Assembly (NCBI GenBank): GCA_051362555.1
Contig: CM120641.1
Location: 3,038,001 to 3,102,000, forward strand
Origin: Lingula anatina
Taxonomy: Eukaryota; Animalia; Brachiopoda
DNA: 64,000 nt
Direction of reading: 5' to 3'
Part shown: positions 22,790-35,242 of the stretch, piece by piece
Numbering within the stretch: position 1 is the stretch's first letter
Layout of the letters: the number at the start of each line of letters is the position of its first letter
Position numbers and translations under genes: made by a program
The notes under the pieces: model-generated
The model's database searches: none
What the model was told of the DNA's origin: nothing
What the model saw: the letters and a program-made list of their open reading frames with translations, nothing else

Positions 22790-25700
22790 TGATATGTATT
22801 CTGCATTAATTGGTAAAAAAGCACCTATAAGTTGAGTTTCACATTCAGTATAATTTACACTTAAAAGGTATAAAGTCAGTATGAGATTTCAAATATTGAT
22901 CTTTTTCATTAAGCAGCTTTTAAAGCATTTACTTTACTACATTGAAATGAATGAAAACCAAAGTTTTTTTATGAACAAAGTACACACTTTATCAAGATTT
23001 TGATTCTATAGAAGTTTTTTTTTTATTTCTAGGTGATGATATTTTTCAACAATAAGCTTCTTCGAGGAAACCGTTCAATCAAATTTGATAGTAGCAGTTT
23101 TGATGCATTCCATTCCCCAAACTTTCCTCCCCTTGCTGTTTTAGAGACCAAGATTCATGGTATGTTATTTAAAACTTGTAAAAAATGTATATTAAATTAT
23201 TAAAGTGGAGAGCATTTGTTCAAATTTCATTTTAATAATAAATTGTTTATAACAAGTTTGGCTCTTGGTTTTTATTTCAGTTACAATGTAATAGATTGGC
23301 TTTCTATTTTAGGTTTGTATATGATTCATGTGGTCCAATATATATTTCAAGTTTCCCTTGATTTTATATGTTTACTGTTTATTCACAGTGCATTGGGATG
23401 AGATTTTTACAAGTAACAACACTCAAAAATGTACCCTCTATACTAACCTTTGTCCTAGCGTGGGATTACTTCGCCTTTTTCCCAGTGTCACCACTGCTAC
23501 GGTTAGTTGAATAAGTTGTTTTTAGGCAGGTTTAAAAGTATAAATATTCTATTGGGATAAGATCATGAAAAAATACTAAAAATAAATCAAATAGTAAATA
23601 CATGTATCCACGCTCTAAAGGGAATTATATGGTCAATTAAAAATGATATTTACTAAATGTTTATTTATGAAGGTCATTATTCATGTACGGATTTTATAGA
23701 GAGAGAAATTAATGCTTTAGGTCCAAAGATGTCCAATTATGTCATAGGAAATTTTCAGATTTTGATAAAAATTTTGATCATTTTTATTGATAAAGTTTAT
23801 TATTATTATTATTATAGGTTCGCCAGTTTTTGGCACCTCCACTCAAGGGAATGGTCCTGGAATCCTACGGGTCTGGAAATGCTCCAGATTCCAGAGAGGA
23901 CTTAATGCAAGTGTTCTCAGAGGCCACGAAAAGAGGAGTGCTGCTGCTTAACACCACCCAGTGTCACAGAGGCTCTGTTAACCCAAGTTATGCCACAGGA
24001 AAGGTTTGCTAATAACCAAGAGAAATACTCTTGAAAATGTTTTTTTTTCTTTTCTTTTTTGACACCCATACAGCTTGTGGCTTAGTGTGGTAAAATGTCC
24101 TACTTATGTATTTTGAGAATACCCAATTCTATTGCAAAAATAAAAGGAAAACGATTGTTTTAGATTTTATCAGTAAACATTTTACTTTGCATATATGCCT
24201 AATACAGTAATATATTTGTTAGTTATTGACCTGTGATTTGTATTTTATATTTCCAGGCTTTGACTGATGCAGGTGTGATCCCAGGCTCTGACATGACACC
24301 TGAGGCAGCACTGACCAAGCTGGCCTTTGTAATAGGAAGAGAAGACTGGAGTTTAGAGCAAAAGAGGAAGGTAAGGAGAATGTATTTTACTATTATTATT
24401 ATTATTATAATTATTTATTTTATGATATAAAAGACTGTATAAAATTTTAATTGTGATTCAGATATTATTGCTCCTGCTAAAGGAAGAAAGGGTTTAAAGG
24501 GGCATCCCTGTTGTCATAGCAACAACTATTCCAGTTTGATTGAGATTGTTTGTACAGTGAGGATGAGCATTCAGGGAATCATTTTGAAAGGTGAAGCAAT
24601 GCCCTTATTTGATAGAACATATAAAAATAATAAATATAGAACAAAAGGCTTCATCAAGATACTTCAAGCAAGGGAGGGTTTCACAAGGAGTAGACTTGGA
24701 GACTGCGGCATGTTTTGAGTAATGACTATAGTGTAATGGTACATTTAGCATTTGTTTGTTTTTGTTTTTGGTTTTTTAGAAGTTATCCCAGAACATCCGT
24801 GGTGAATTGAAAACTGCAAGGACAGAGAGCTTGGTGTCAGATTTCAAACTTATTGACAGTTTAGGCAAGCTGATGAAAATTAGCTCCAAAGAAGCAAGTT
24901 ACTTTACTTTTATTATTATTTAATTTAATTGATGAATTGATAATTGGTCTCAATAAAATAATCATCTAAGACAAATTTAAATGATATTGTAATGTTTTAG
25001 GTAGGATATTCCTAGATTAATTATAGAATTGCTTTGATTTATTACATAGGGTAGTTTGAAAAAATAAAATGAAGAAATTTAATTTATGTTTGTGTTTTTA
25101 TAGGAAATGCAAACACTGAAGGATGCCATATTTCCATCATTGATGTGCACTGCAGCCCAAAATGGTGATCTGGCTGTACTCCAAAAAATTAGAGAAGGGG
25201 TTAGAAATCTCTTTGTCTTCTTGTGCATATAGTTGTCTTCCTCAACTTTGAACAATTTTGCTTCACATAAACCACTCAATTTTTCTTGAATACATATTCT
25301 AAAATTTAAGGTGTCTATTTTTTATCCTTAAACTTGAATTTGTCATAATTGCTATTATTATTATTATTATTTGTCTTATGAAGAAGAGTGATATATCACA
25401 TCTGTTGAGGAAATGCAGAATTAGGTTTAAACCCGTTTTGTTCTTGAGAATGTTTGAAATAAAGATTTCATTTCCTAAAGGGAGGTCACATAGGCATGGT
25501 GGACTACAGTGGCAGGAGTCCTCTTCACATTGCCTGTGGGAAAGGTCACTTCCACATTGTCCAGTATCTGCTGCAGCATGGGGCACCTGTCCATGTTAGG
25601 GACAACAATGGACGGTCACCTTTGTACGAAGTGGTCAAGTTAAAACATCTTGATATCATTCGCCTGCTGGTTCAGACTGGAGCTCATTTGGTTCTACCCC

Positions 25701-26465
25701 CATATAAATTGGGGTCAGAGTTATGCATGTAGGTTGAAATGAAAAATAAATTCCACTGGTTTTGTCTACTACAGGCTGTTATCAGTCACTCAAAATTTTT
25801 GTTCCAGTCAAATAATGAACTGTTTCAGTTTAGTGATAAAAAATGATTTACTTATAATCAATATAAAGTTTAGTTCTTTTAAAAGCTGAAGTGAGAAACA
25901 TTTTTTCCAATGGCAACATGGTTCTTTTAAATTGATGTCCATATGTAAATGCTTTTGAATAAAGTATTATCCTGATTTTTAAAAACAGATATTTGACTAA
26001 TTTTGTAGGTCTGCAGCTCAAGATGATGTGGATTCCCTCAAAGCTTGGGCTTTATCTGGTGCAAATCTAAGCCAGAGCGACTATGATGGAAGAACTGCAC
26101 TACATGTTGTAAGGAAAACCAGACCGTACTGTTAAAAACTCTTAATATATACTTTTCTTCACTGTGTACATAAACATGGACACTGAGACCAGCAAGCCTT
26201 TTGATGTCCATTTTGATTGTTGTCATATGACATGATTTTTTAAAAATAATAATTGGGTAATTTTTTTTTATTTCAGGCAGCTTCTCATGGACATCAGGAT
26301 TCAGTGGAGTTTTTGTTAGAACAAGGGGTGAGTGTCACGGCAGAAGATAGGTTTGGATATACTCCTCTCAAGGAGGCAACTGCTAAAGGGCACAGAGAAA
26401 TCTCCAAGCTGATCAGCGACTCTGTGAAGCCAACTGTTGGCACAAGCACTTCCACTGACACTTAA
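18681..26465 (+). CDS. ASPG: ASPG paralogue copy 2, complete, ~648 aa (shown with proximal first exon c)
   Basis: Exons 18681-18876, 21439-21580, 21931-22042, 22208-22333, 22658-22741, 23033-23159, 23389-23501, 23818-24003, 24257-24370, 24780-24893 (GC donor), 25104-25199, 25481-25728, 26009-26108, 26277-26465; total 1947 nt, open throughout. Catalytic motifs TGGTIG, LLDSCNM and HGTDTMAY, plus GNRSIK and ankyrin repeats. Confidence 0.94.
20651..21259. mobile_element. PIF/Harbinger-like MITE (TTA TSD) with a nested Mutator-like MITE
   Basis: TIR (G/T)GCCCC(T/A)ATTTCACACAGACCACGAATCCC, TTA on both sides (20648-50, 21260-62), internal ~99-bp tandem pair. The left TIR is interrupted by ~20669-20777, a relative of the 18317 element, flanked by TCACACAG. 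Confidence 0.82.
22755..22787. repeat. (TG)n microsatellite; paralogous (CA)n at 45703-45736
   Basis: Direct observation, same intron position in copies 2 and 3. Confidence 0.93.
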
Positions 26466-27287
26466 CTTATTTATTGTCCTGTATGAATATAATATAAAAT
26501 ATGAAAACACTTAACTGTGTACTGTATTTTAATTATTTTCATTATTTGCACTGTTTTGGTATTTTGACTATTTGATGAAAGTGGATATTGTGCTACAGTA
26601 TAAGATCACTAGTCCCAAGAGACTTTTTTTCTTATCTTATATATGTTTAAGATACACTGCGTGTTTAAGAGTTTTCCATATTCATACTTACTATGTCTAC
26701 AGGCCCTGCAGAGCTACTGCTTTTTCACAATTCAGACCTTAAAAACTGAAATATATAAGGGAAGACACAGTCTTCTAAATGACTGGCTGGCCATTTAGAA
26801 CTATAACAATTAATCAAAATGGAATATAAATATGTACGTAGGACAAAATAGGAAAATTCATTTTGACTGGTAAAACTCGTATAGAGTGCCTTTAATATCA
26901 TGTTGTCAAGTTGGTAAAGCACATATGTATATCATTTCTATAATGACTGTATAGCATCTTTTTACATACCAGACTGTTTTGTGTTAGTGTGATCAAAAAC
27001 TGAACTTTCATAATATGATTGATGTGATGAGATATAATCTCAGTACATGTATGATCAGTATTATCAGTGCACTTCAACATATACCTCAAACCACTCCAAT
27101 TCCATTTTTTAATCTTTTTGCAAATTATATGTTTAAGTAAATGTATGAGCATTAAAAAATATCTTTTATTTAATTTGACCTTCTTGAGATACGTATATAT
27201 TGTTTTATTCTTAAATTATATGAAGGTGGTTTAAAGTATGAATCACAGATTTCCTTAGGGGAAATTATAAGTTTCCATAAAGTGTCA

Positions 27288-27288
<1 letters not shown>

Positions 27289-27341
<53 letters not shown>
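27289..27341. repeat. 53-nt poly(A) tract
   Basis: Direct observation; the paralogous sites (9860, 42445) have only short A/T runs. Confidence 0.9.
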
Positions 27342-27343
<2 letters not shown>

Positions 27344-30300
27344 TGTTTATACTTTGCAAGGTTAATTCTTAGGTTTTCTCATTCAGGTATTAGTATTCCC
27401 CTTTCATTACAGCAATTGTAAGTTTTTTTTTTTTGTAGGATATATAAACTGAATGGGTGCAATATACCAATTATCAAAGTCTTCATTCCAGGAACAGGTG
27501 TACATTATATATTTAAATTGTTTTTCCTTAAATATTTGTATTTGTCACTAGCTATTAATATTGCTACATGTACTTGTATAACTGTTTTTAGGAATTATTT
27601 CTCATTTTAAGTAATGTTGATTTTGCTTTAATTTATTCACATTTGTTTACCTGAAAAAAAAGTACACAGTTAACTTGTGTAAGTTTGTCACCAAAAGCTT
27701 AATAAATTATATGTATGTTGCTGTCTAAAAGTAATACTTTTCCTCAAATGTTTCATCTTTAAATTGCTGCCCATGTGAACATTGCATAGTATCTGTTTTC
27801 TGTAACCCCGTTTCTGGGGTGTTGAAAATGCCACTGGTGAATATATTTGAACACAAATGTACTGTCTAAAAGTTATACTTTTTCTCATCTTGCTGCCCAT
27901 GTGAACATTACAGGTTATTACCAGAATTCTGCAGCTCATGTAGGCCACTTATTTACCTAAAAGCGTTTTCTGCAACAATCCCACCCAGCACACACCCCCC
28001 CCTCCCCGGGCGGTGTGTCCCTCTTACAACCGGCTTTTCTTCAAACTCATACAGAGGTGATACCACAACGTACAATAATTCGATCATGCTGCTTTTTAAA
28101 ACAAAACCGCTCAGCAAATTTGAAGTAAAAAATATTATTTGGCAGAAGTGGTGGTATGGGCGGTGATGCCACGGACAGACACCGTGTTCAGAAGATGTAC
28201 AGCCAATTTGTTTAAAATCTTATGAATAAAATCTTTATATTTGTTGCGACTTGCAAGTATCGTGAAAAAGAATCCAGGAATGGTGAAATTCCTTACGTAG
28301 AAAGACATCATGCGTTGCCATACACTATTGTTTAAATTTCAACAATTTTGGTTAGTTTTATTCTTAGTTCTCACAAAGGCTTATTCCAATTCTTGACAAC
28401 TAACTACATGTACAGTATATGTAATTTACAATTAATGTTTTGGGGGTAAAAAACGTTTTGAATCATTCAAACGCCTTGCGGGACGGAAATTCTGCGGTAT
28501 AAGACAACAACGCATATAACACGCATAACATACAAATCGTTTGAAAAATCGGTTTTAATAGTATAGTTTCAGTTATTTTGGTGCAGAAGAGTTACATGTA
28601 GAACTGAGTTTCACCTTTGCTGCCTCTTAGGCAGGAGTGTTAAGAAACCAACATGACGTAGTTGTTAAAGATATGTGTATTGTTAAAGATGAATTTATAC
28701 AGAAATGTGAATCCGATCAATAAAATTTGCCATGGAAAAGAAATGTTTGGATATAGCTTTCAAAAGACAGTAGAACCCTTCTTCACAAACAGTACAAGTA
28801 TGAATATAACATTGATCAAATTTAACATCACACCAGAACAAGGACGACCAGATCTTATTTTAATAAGAATTAAAATTGCAATTAAAATAACGTTTTTATT
28901 GGGTCAGTTAACCGTGAATTTTCATTTAGATAAATAGATGTCCAATAAACGCAGTATAGACCAATTCATCAGACTAAGTGCCCGTTACCATTTTTTTAAA
29001 ACAAATTACAATATTTCAGTAAAATTCCTCTTAAAACAGAGAAACAACATGCCAATTTATACCCACAGAAGTATTTTTATTTTATTATTATTATTATTAT
29101 TATTTTTTTTTTTTTGTGCCCAGCAATGTAAAATGAACAACAATGAATAATCTTAGTGGAAAATGGGGAGAGAGGTAATTCCAGGTCTTCTTTGTATATT
29201 GAATCCGCCAGTGTTAAGAAAATGAATGTGTGACTAGAAACACCTTTGGTTTAAATAAAAATTACAGGATGCAACATCAGCATAAAACAATGACACTTTT
29301 ATCATAAAAAGTGTAATTAACCAAAATTTAGTATCGTAACCACCCCATTGCCTGCATTGTGCTAGTTGCGGTCGGTTGTGCTATTCATGGCAGGGCGGGA
29401 GATCTTATCAGTTTTTTATTCAACTATTTTATTCTTTTAAATGTCCTTTTTTTAAAGCTGACGTCTTAACATGACATAGCTGAATGCCATTTCACCTGTG
29501 AATCGCATATATTGATCTTGCAGGTACGTTAAGTATGCAAACTAGCGAAATGGTAGACATCAAGCTGAAATGGCTTTATTTATATGATTGTGTTTGTCTG
29601 CTTACCAATTTGACTACATTTGATTGAAATTATGATAAGCTATGCGTTCGATAAGTCAGGTAACTGTTTTGTTCAGACATAAATTGCCAGAACTCATATA
29701 GAGTCAATACCGATTGATATTTCTTGTCATACATTCTTTTTAATAAGCCCAAAACGGCTCAGAAACAAAATTTAAATTCATAAGAACTATTGTTAATGCC
29801 GAATAAACAAGCTGCGAGGAATATGTTTTAAGAGTCGTAGCATGATGCCATAACACGTATTATTTCAGATAGTTTGTTATTCATTATCAATAATAATAAT
29901 AATAGATTTTATATACTGAGATTTGGAATCTGTGTTGGTTTCTTTGGCTGATTAAAGAATATCAGGTAAGAGATATCCACCGCTGTTGATTTCTTAGCAC
30001 CCCCGATGATTTGCATCATAAAAACAGTTACTTGCCTTAATAAATGTTTAGTTTAATAAATTTCGACCAAATAAAAAAATGTCGGTAGGCCTGCAAACAC
30101 AATCATACATAGAAGAACCGTTTCACCTCGCTGTCTCCCATTTTGCTGGTTTGCATAATTAACGCATCCGCAAGTTAATAAATAGTATTTATTGGTGAAG
30201 TTGTGTTTATCTGAGTTATTTCAAGGCATGATTTCAAGCAAAAAGACACTCACAGCAAGAAACGTATCGAATAAAATACTGATAAAATCTTCCATAAGAT

Positions 30301-30795
30301 AATGACGAGCACAACCGACCGCAACTGCCGCAATGCAAACTATGGAATATTTTCACAAACATGATGGGAGGTGGAGGGGGGGGGGGGGGGGGGCAAGAAA
30401 ATGACAGATCAGTTCTTATTTATAAGGTTTTTGTTTCAGAATACGGTGAACTGTCACAATTAGATAAACAGTAGAATAATAGTTCCATATATCCCATCGA
30501 ATGTTAAAGAGATTTTAAAAATGTGCGAGGTATTTTGAAAATAAGGTCGACATTGTATTTTATGTAAGTAAGGAACGACAGCAAACATATTCGCAGTTTG
30601 AATTTAAGACATTTATTTCACAAGCTGTTTATCATTGTAAGCTTCTGTTAATTTAAAGAAAAAACTGATATATCTAAGAACTCTTTTGAAAATTTCGAAA
30701 TAAGATTTTTTAAAGATAAGAAAACATAAGGGCGAAGTTTGAACTGTCTCGTGTTATATTTGAATTGTTTGTAATCTTTTGTTCGTGAAGATAGA

Positions 30796-31398
30796 TTATT
30801 CTCCTGTGCCAATGGCTAGTTTCTCGTACAGGGCATCGATTTCGAGCTCCAGCTTCTTGATTTTCTCAGGATCCCGTTTCTTCTTGTCTCCTCCAGAGAT
30901 GGGATAGTTGGGATCTCGTGTTTTGCTGGCTTTCTTCTTTAAAGGAGAAAACTCCCCAGACGCGCCCTGCATGGTTAAAGTGACATCACTCACTACAGCA
31001 CAGAAGGAAAAAGAAAAGAAACAGAGAGAGACTAAGATAAGCAAAGGAAATAAGGGGATGCCTTTCACCTCTTGAGAGAACTCCCCAGAAGAGACTCCCC
31101 AGAAGCAACTATTAGCTCAGAATGATGGAAATGAGACAAATTATAAAATAAGACAAGTGAAAATACAAATAAAAATTGAGGTTGAAAAGGTTATCAATAA
31201 TGTTTGGGATGTCGGAAATCAGTGCATCAGGAAAACTCGGAGCTTACCATCCGTCATAGTTTTTGATTTCTCGTCAGTTGTCTTTGGCGTTGTTTCTTCC
31301 GCCTTCATTGTGGTCTCTTTTATGCCAATCTGTTCAGAACATCCATCAACGTCATGAGGCTGTTCCGTAGAACTTTGTTCGTTACTGTTACCGTCCAT
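30796..31398 (-). CDS. Putative small two-exon gene, 115 aa, charged/low-complexity, no family recognised
   Basis: Exon 31398-31248 (ATG...G|GTAAGC, phase 1) joins exon 30992-30796 (long pyrimidine tract plus TAG acceptor, phase 1, ends TAA). Both are GC-richer than the flanks. Confidence 0.55.
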
Positions 31399-31446
31399 AG
31401 CTAGCGAACTCGTCCTGTTGCTGATCAAGCTTGGTGTGTTCTGTCA

Positions 31447-31503
31447 GTTACCATGGCCTTGTTCATGACGTGACGCTAAGACGTCACCGATTGACTATGA
31501 CGT
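31447..31503. promoter_or_regulatory. Cluster of CRE-like TGACGT sites and an X-box-like motif upstream of the small ORF
   Basis: TGACGTGACG, GACGTCA and TGACGTAG within 45 bp, plus GTTACCATGGC, 50-100 bp upstream of the ATG at 31398. Confidence 0.4.
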
Positions 31504-32102
31504 AGCACTGATAGCAATTTTTTAATAATATTTAGCGAGTTTTTAAAGTCAACAACAACAGCAACAAACATAAAGATAAACACAACTTTTGTCTTTTTTC
31601 TATGACTTTAATTCATTTCAATTTTCTCATTGGCCTTTAGTGTGGCCTTTTGGTGAATTTGAAAGTAAATAACAATTATCAAAACTTTCTGTTTTATAAG
31701 TCCATATCATGTAGCTAAATCATCTCGTGAACATTAATATAAAATGTCTGAACGAAAAAAATTGGACAGCTTTACTCTAGATATCTTTTTGACTTAATAT
31801 ATACATATATATATATTTCAAGCAGTTCAGAATTAAAGTCATTTTTATACTGACACCATCGATGTCTTTAAAGCCGCGCCTCTTCAAATCGTTACAAAGT
31901 TTTTTTTTTTAATTACCCAATAAAACATAAAAACGAGTGTGGCTATGTTGATACAGTACTCCTTCAACGAGCATGTGAGTAATGAGAAACAAAAAATGTA
32001 TAATAAGTGGTTGGATGGCAACAAACGCTGAACGCTGTGGGAGTGAAACCTTGCTTGGGTGTTCTGGTTAGTGGTAATTTTTTTACAAATTGTTCCCATT
32101 AT

Positions 32103-35100
32103 CTAGTCATCATCAGGGGCCTCTGTTGTTGCTTGAGACATTGCAGTCCCCATACGGCTGCCTGCATCTGTGAAATGAGTAAGATCCAAATTTAAAAAGG
32201 GGTTAATTATATTAAATTATTAAATGCATAAGAAATAATATTAAAAACCTTTTATCACCTGTCAGATATGAAAATAATTAAAATGAGATAAAAAGGCATA
32301 AAATGAAAGAATACATGTATAAAAATATGATGAAATTAATAAATAAAAGAAAACAGCAAACTGAAGGAAAAATGAGAAAAACGATGATTTAAAAGTGTAA
32401 CAGTGTACAGATAAGTACAGCAAAGTTTTTCTTAAAGGTGCAATTTAACACAAAAAAGTCAAGAAGTAAATGAGAAATGAAAAACTGTTCTGCATTAATT
32501 AAATATATATATTCAAACATTTAAACAAAAACTGACACCTGTGATAAGAACATAATGACCTCTAATGTCATTCAAAAATTAATAACAGAAAATGTACTGA
32601 CATATTAATTCTAACACTTATTTAGTTTTTAACCATGGAGTAAATGTTTCAGAGTTCTGATAAATTAAAAAAAAATTAAGCTAGATATTGGTATTCTGTC
32701 AAAAGTGTGAAACTTTATCAACAAAATATCACAGTAAAACATGTGTCATCAGAACATAATGCACCAAAACAATTTCATATTTGAAAATAAAAAAGTTCTG
32801 AACCCAAACACTGCATTTGTTAAACCATACCACACCAGAATATGTCAGAGATAAATGACTTGCATGCAAAAGTGACTTTAGATATGAATATTCTGATCAA
32901 CTTTGTAGACAAAAGTTTAAGCTCTTCCACACCAGTCCAGGTTTAGTCTAAATGCAACTGCCATCTTTCAAGATATTTAATTTTTGAGTTTATTCAAAAT
33001 CCAGTGCCTCAACAGTGTACTAGGGGAGACAGGGGCTAGTTGGACCCCGGGGTAAGTTGGCCCCCCATCAATTTATGAGAAAGTAACTATGGGGTAAAAG
33101 AATTGATCACATCATTTTGTAAAGTGACTGTATCCAACAGTGCTAAGAAAGCATCGGCAGTGAGTCCAAATGAAATAATTTAGCATCTTAAAGTAATTTT
33201 ATTAAAGAGACTTGATGGGGGTGGGTGGGGGGGGCAACTTACCCCAGGGTCCAACTAGCCCCAGTCTCCCCTAATTTGTTCCTGTGTGGACCTTCATTGG
33301 ATATCTTTCCACAATTTTTAGTTTTATTCCCTCTCTCTCTCTCATTTAAAATATAAAGAGAAGGAGAATTAACTACTTTTGAAGTAATTTGTAAGTGAAG
33401 ATATCAGTTTTTTTTTTCAATACCAATACTGAGCAACTAGACTAAACAGATGTATCTAAACAATAGATAGTGTTCTGCATATGATGGAGGAATTCAATGA
33501 ACACTCAACATGCGCTGCACCTGCTGAGGCTGACTGGCCTTCCTTGTGATAAGGGTGCATGTGGTCAGTGTTCTCGTCAACCACACTGACCAATGGGTCA
33601 GTAGATAGGTGGGAGTCAGGGGTGGCTGCATTACATAACATCATTTAGATAAACATACTAAAAGTTTTTTCAAAAATATCTGTTTGCACTTTAATAATCA
33701 GTTAAAACTACAACTGACTAAAATTCTTGAAAATCAGTTGCTTAACTTGATATATTATAATAAATAAGAATGAAATGATGATATTATTGGTTTAATTTAC
33801 CTGGCTGTGATGCTTTATCTTGACCTGCTGATCCAACCTGGGACCTGAAAATTCATTGTAAATGTGTTATAAAAAATGAAATTAAACTACGTATCCCTTG
33901 GTGCAAGCTTTCAGGCATTTTCAGTACATACAAAATACATTTTTATGCCTCACAATGAAGAACTTGAGCCACATATTAAGTGTTGGAAAGAGAAAATACA
34001 ATGTATCAAATACTTTTTCCTATGCTTCATACATTTATTTTAAAATTTAAAAAGAAAAAAAAAATTAATTGAAAGAAATTTTGACAAGAAAGACTTACTC
34101 CCTCCCCTCCTCTGCCTCATTCTCTTCATCATTTTCAGCTCCCAGTGGGGTCAGAGTCAGATGATTGAAGTTACTGAATGGTTCACCAATAATGCCCATC
34201 CTAAAATGTGAAATAAAATGAACACATAAACAGTATGCTGTTAATGTGAACAGTAAAATAAATCAGCTTAAGAGGTGATTCAAGTGGCCCAGATTGGGGG
34301 TGTGCAAATCTCTTCCATTTCCTCTTGCCCAAACTGTATGATGAAAAAAAAAATTACAGAATGACATCAATATAATTCTCAACACTTCAGGTTTGGTCAT
34401 GCCACCAACAGCTATGTATATTTAAATCCAAACACACGAAAAAAAAAATTTTGCTTTCACAAAAGCAACAACCATTTTCTACCATAATGTAATTTTAAAA
34501 TGAAGAAAATCTACATAAAAACTTACTTGAAATTTGCTTTACTAAAAGACACAAAATCTTCTTCCAGTTCATCTGTTTCTTCCTTCCCGATACTGCCAAG
34601 TGTTCTGCAAGACATTTTTTCACTCAATTTGCATGTAGGTTTCAAAACAAAATTTTGGACAATTCACAAGATGTTACTTATCTCAACAGAAAGTTGTATG
34701 CAGAAGAAATCTTTATTTTGAAAAACAATAACAGGGAATGTTCTATTAGTTATATACCATTATTACCCCAAGCCTGAAGTAAGGCTTTGCTGTATCCAAA
34801 AAAACAAAAATATTGCTGAGGCACATGTAATATTAATGAATTAAGCAATGAAAACAGTTAGTGCACAGTTTAGAATTCTAGTATTTGTGGTATCATAATA
34901 CAAAATGAGCACAGATTCATTAAAGAAATGGTGAATTTCATAACATACTTCAAAGTGACATATTTAAATACTTACTTTGGAGATAGAGGTCTCTGTCTTC
35001 TAAATAACCAGTTTGCTTCTTCATTTGGAGATGGTAGAATTGATACCAAGGCTGGTGATCGCTGACTACAAATCAGGAAATAACAAACATAACATTTTTA

Positions 35101-35207
35101 TGATAAGAGAAAAGATTAAATGTGAAAAAATCTGATTTTTTAAAAATCAATTTATTGAATCTAAATGATGGTCACTTTACTTTTATGTTCATTCATAAAT
35201 ATTGTAT

Positions 35208-35242
<35 letters not shown>

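Noticed and set aside
31069-31108. Middle exon of the small orphan gene
   Set aside because: AG/GT-bounded 40-nt segment would shift the frame; it looks like a short local repeat (TCTGGGGAGT).
33456-33644. Additional PPP1R36 exon
   Set aside because: GC-richer intronic segment, but exons 15 and 16 already join in frame and I found no convincing phase-compatible splice pair.
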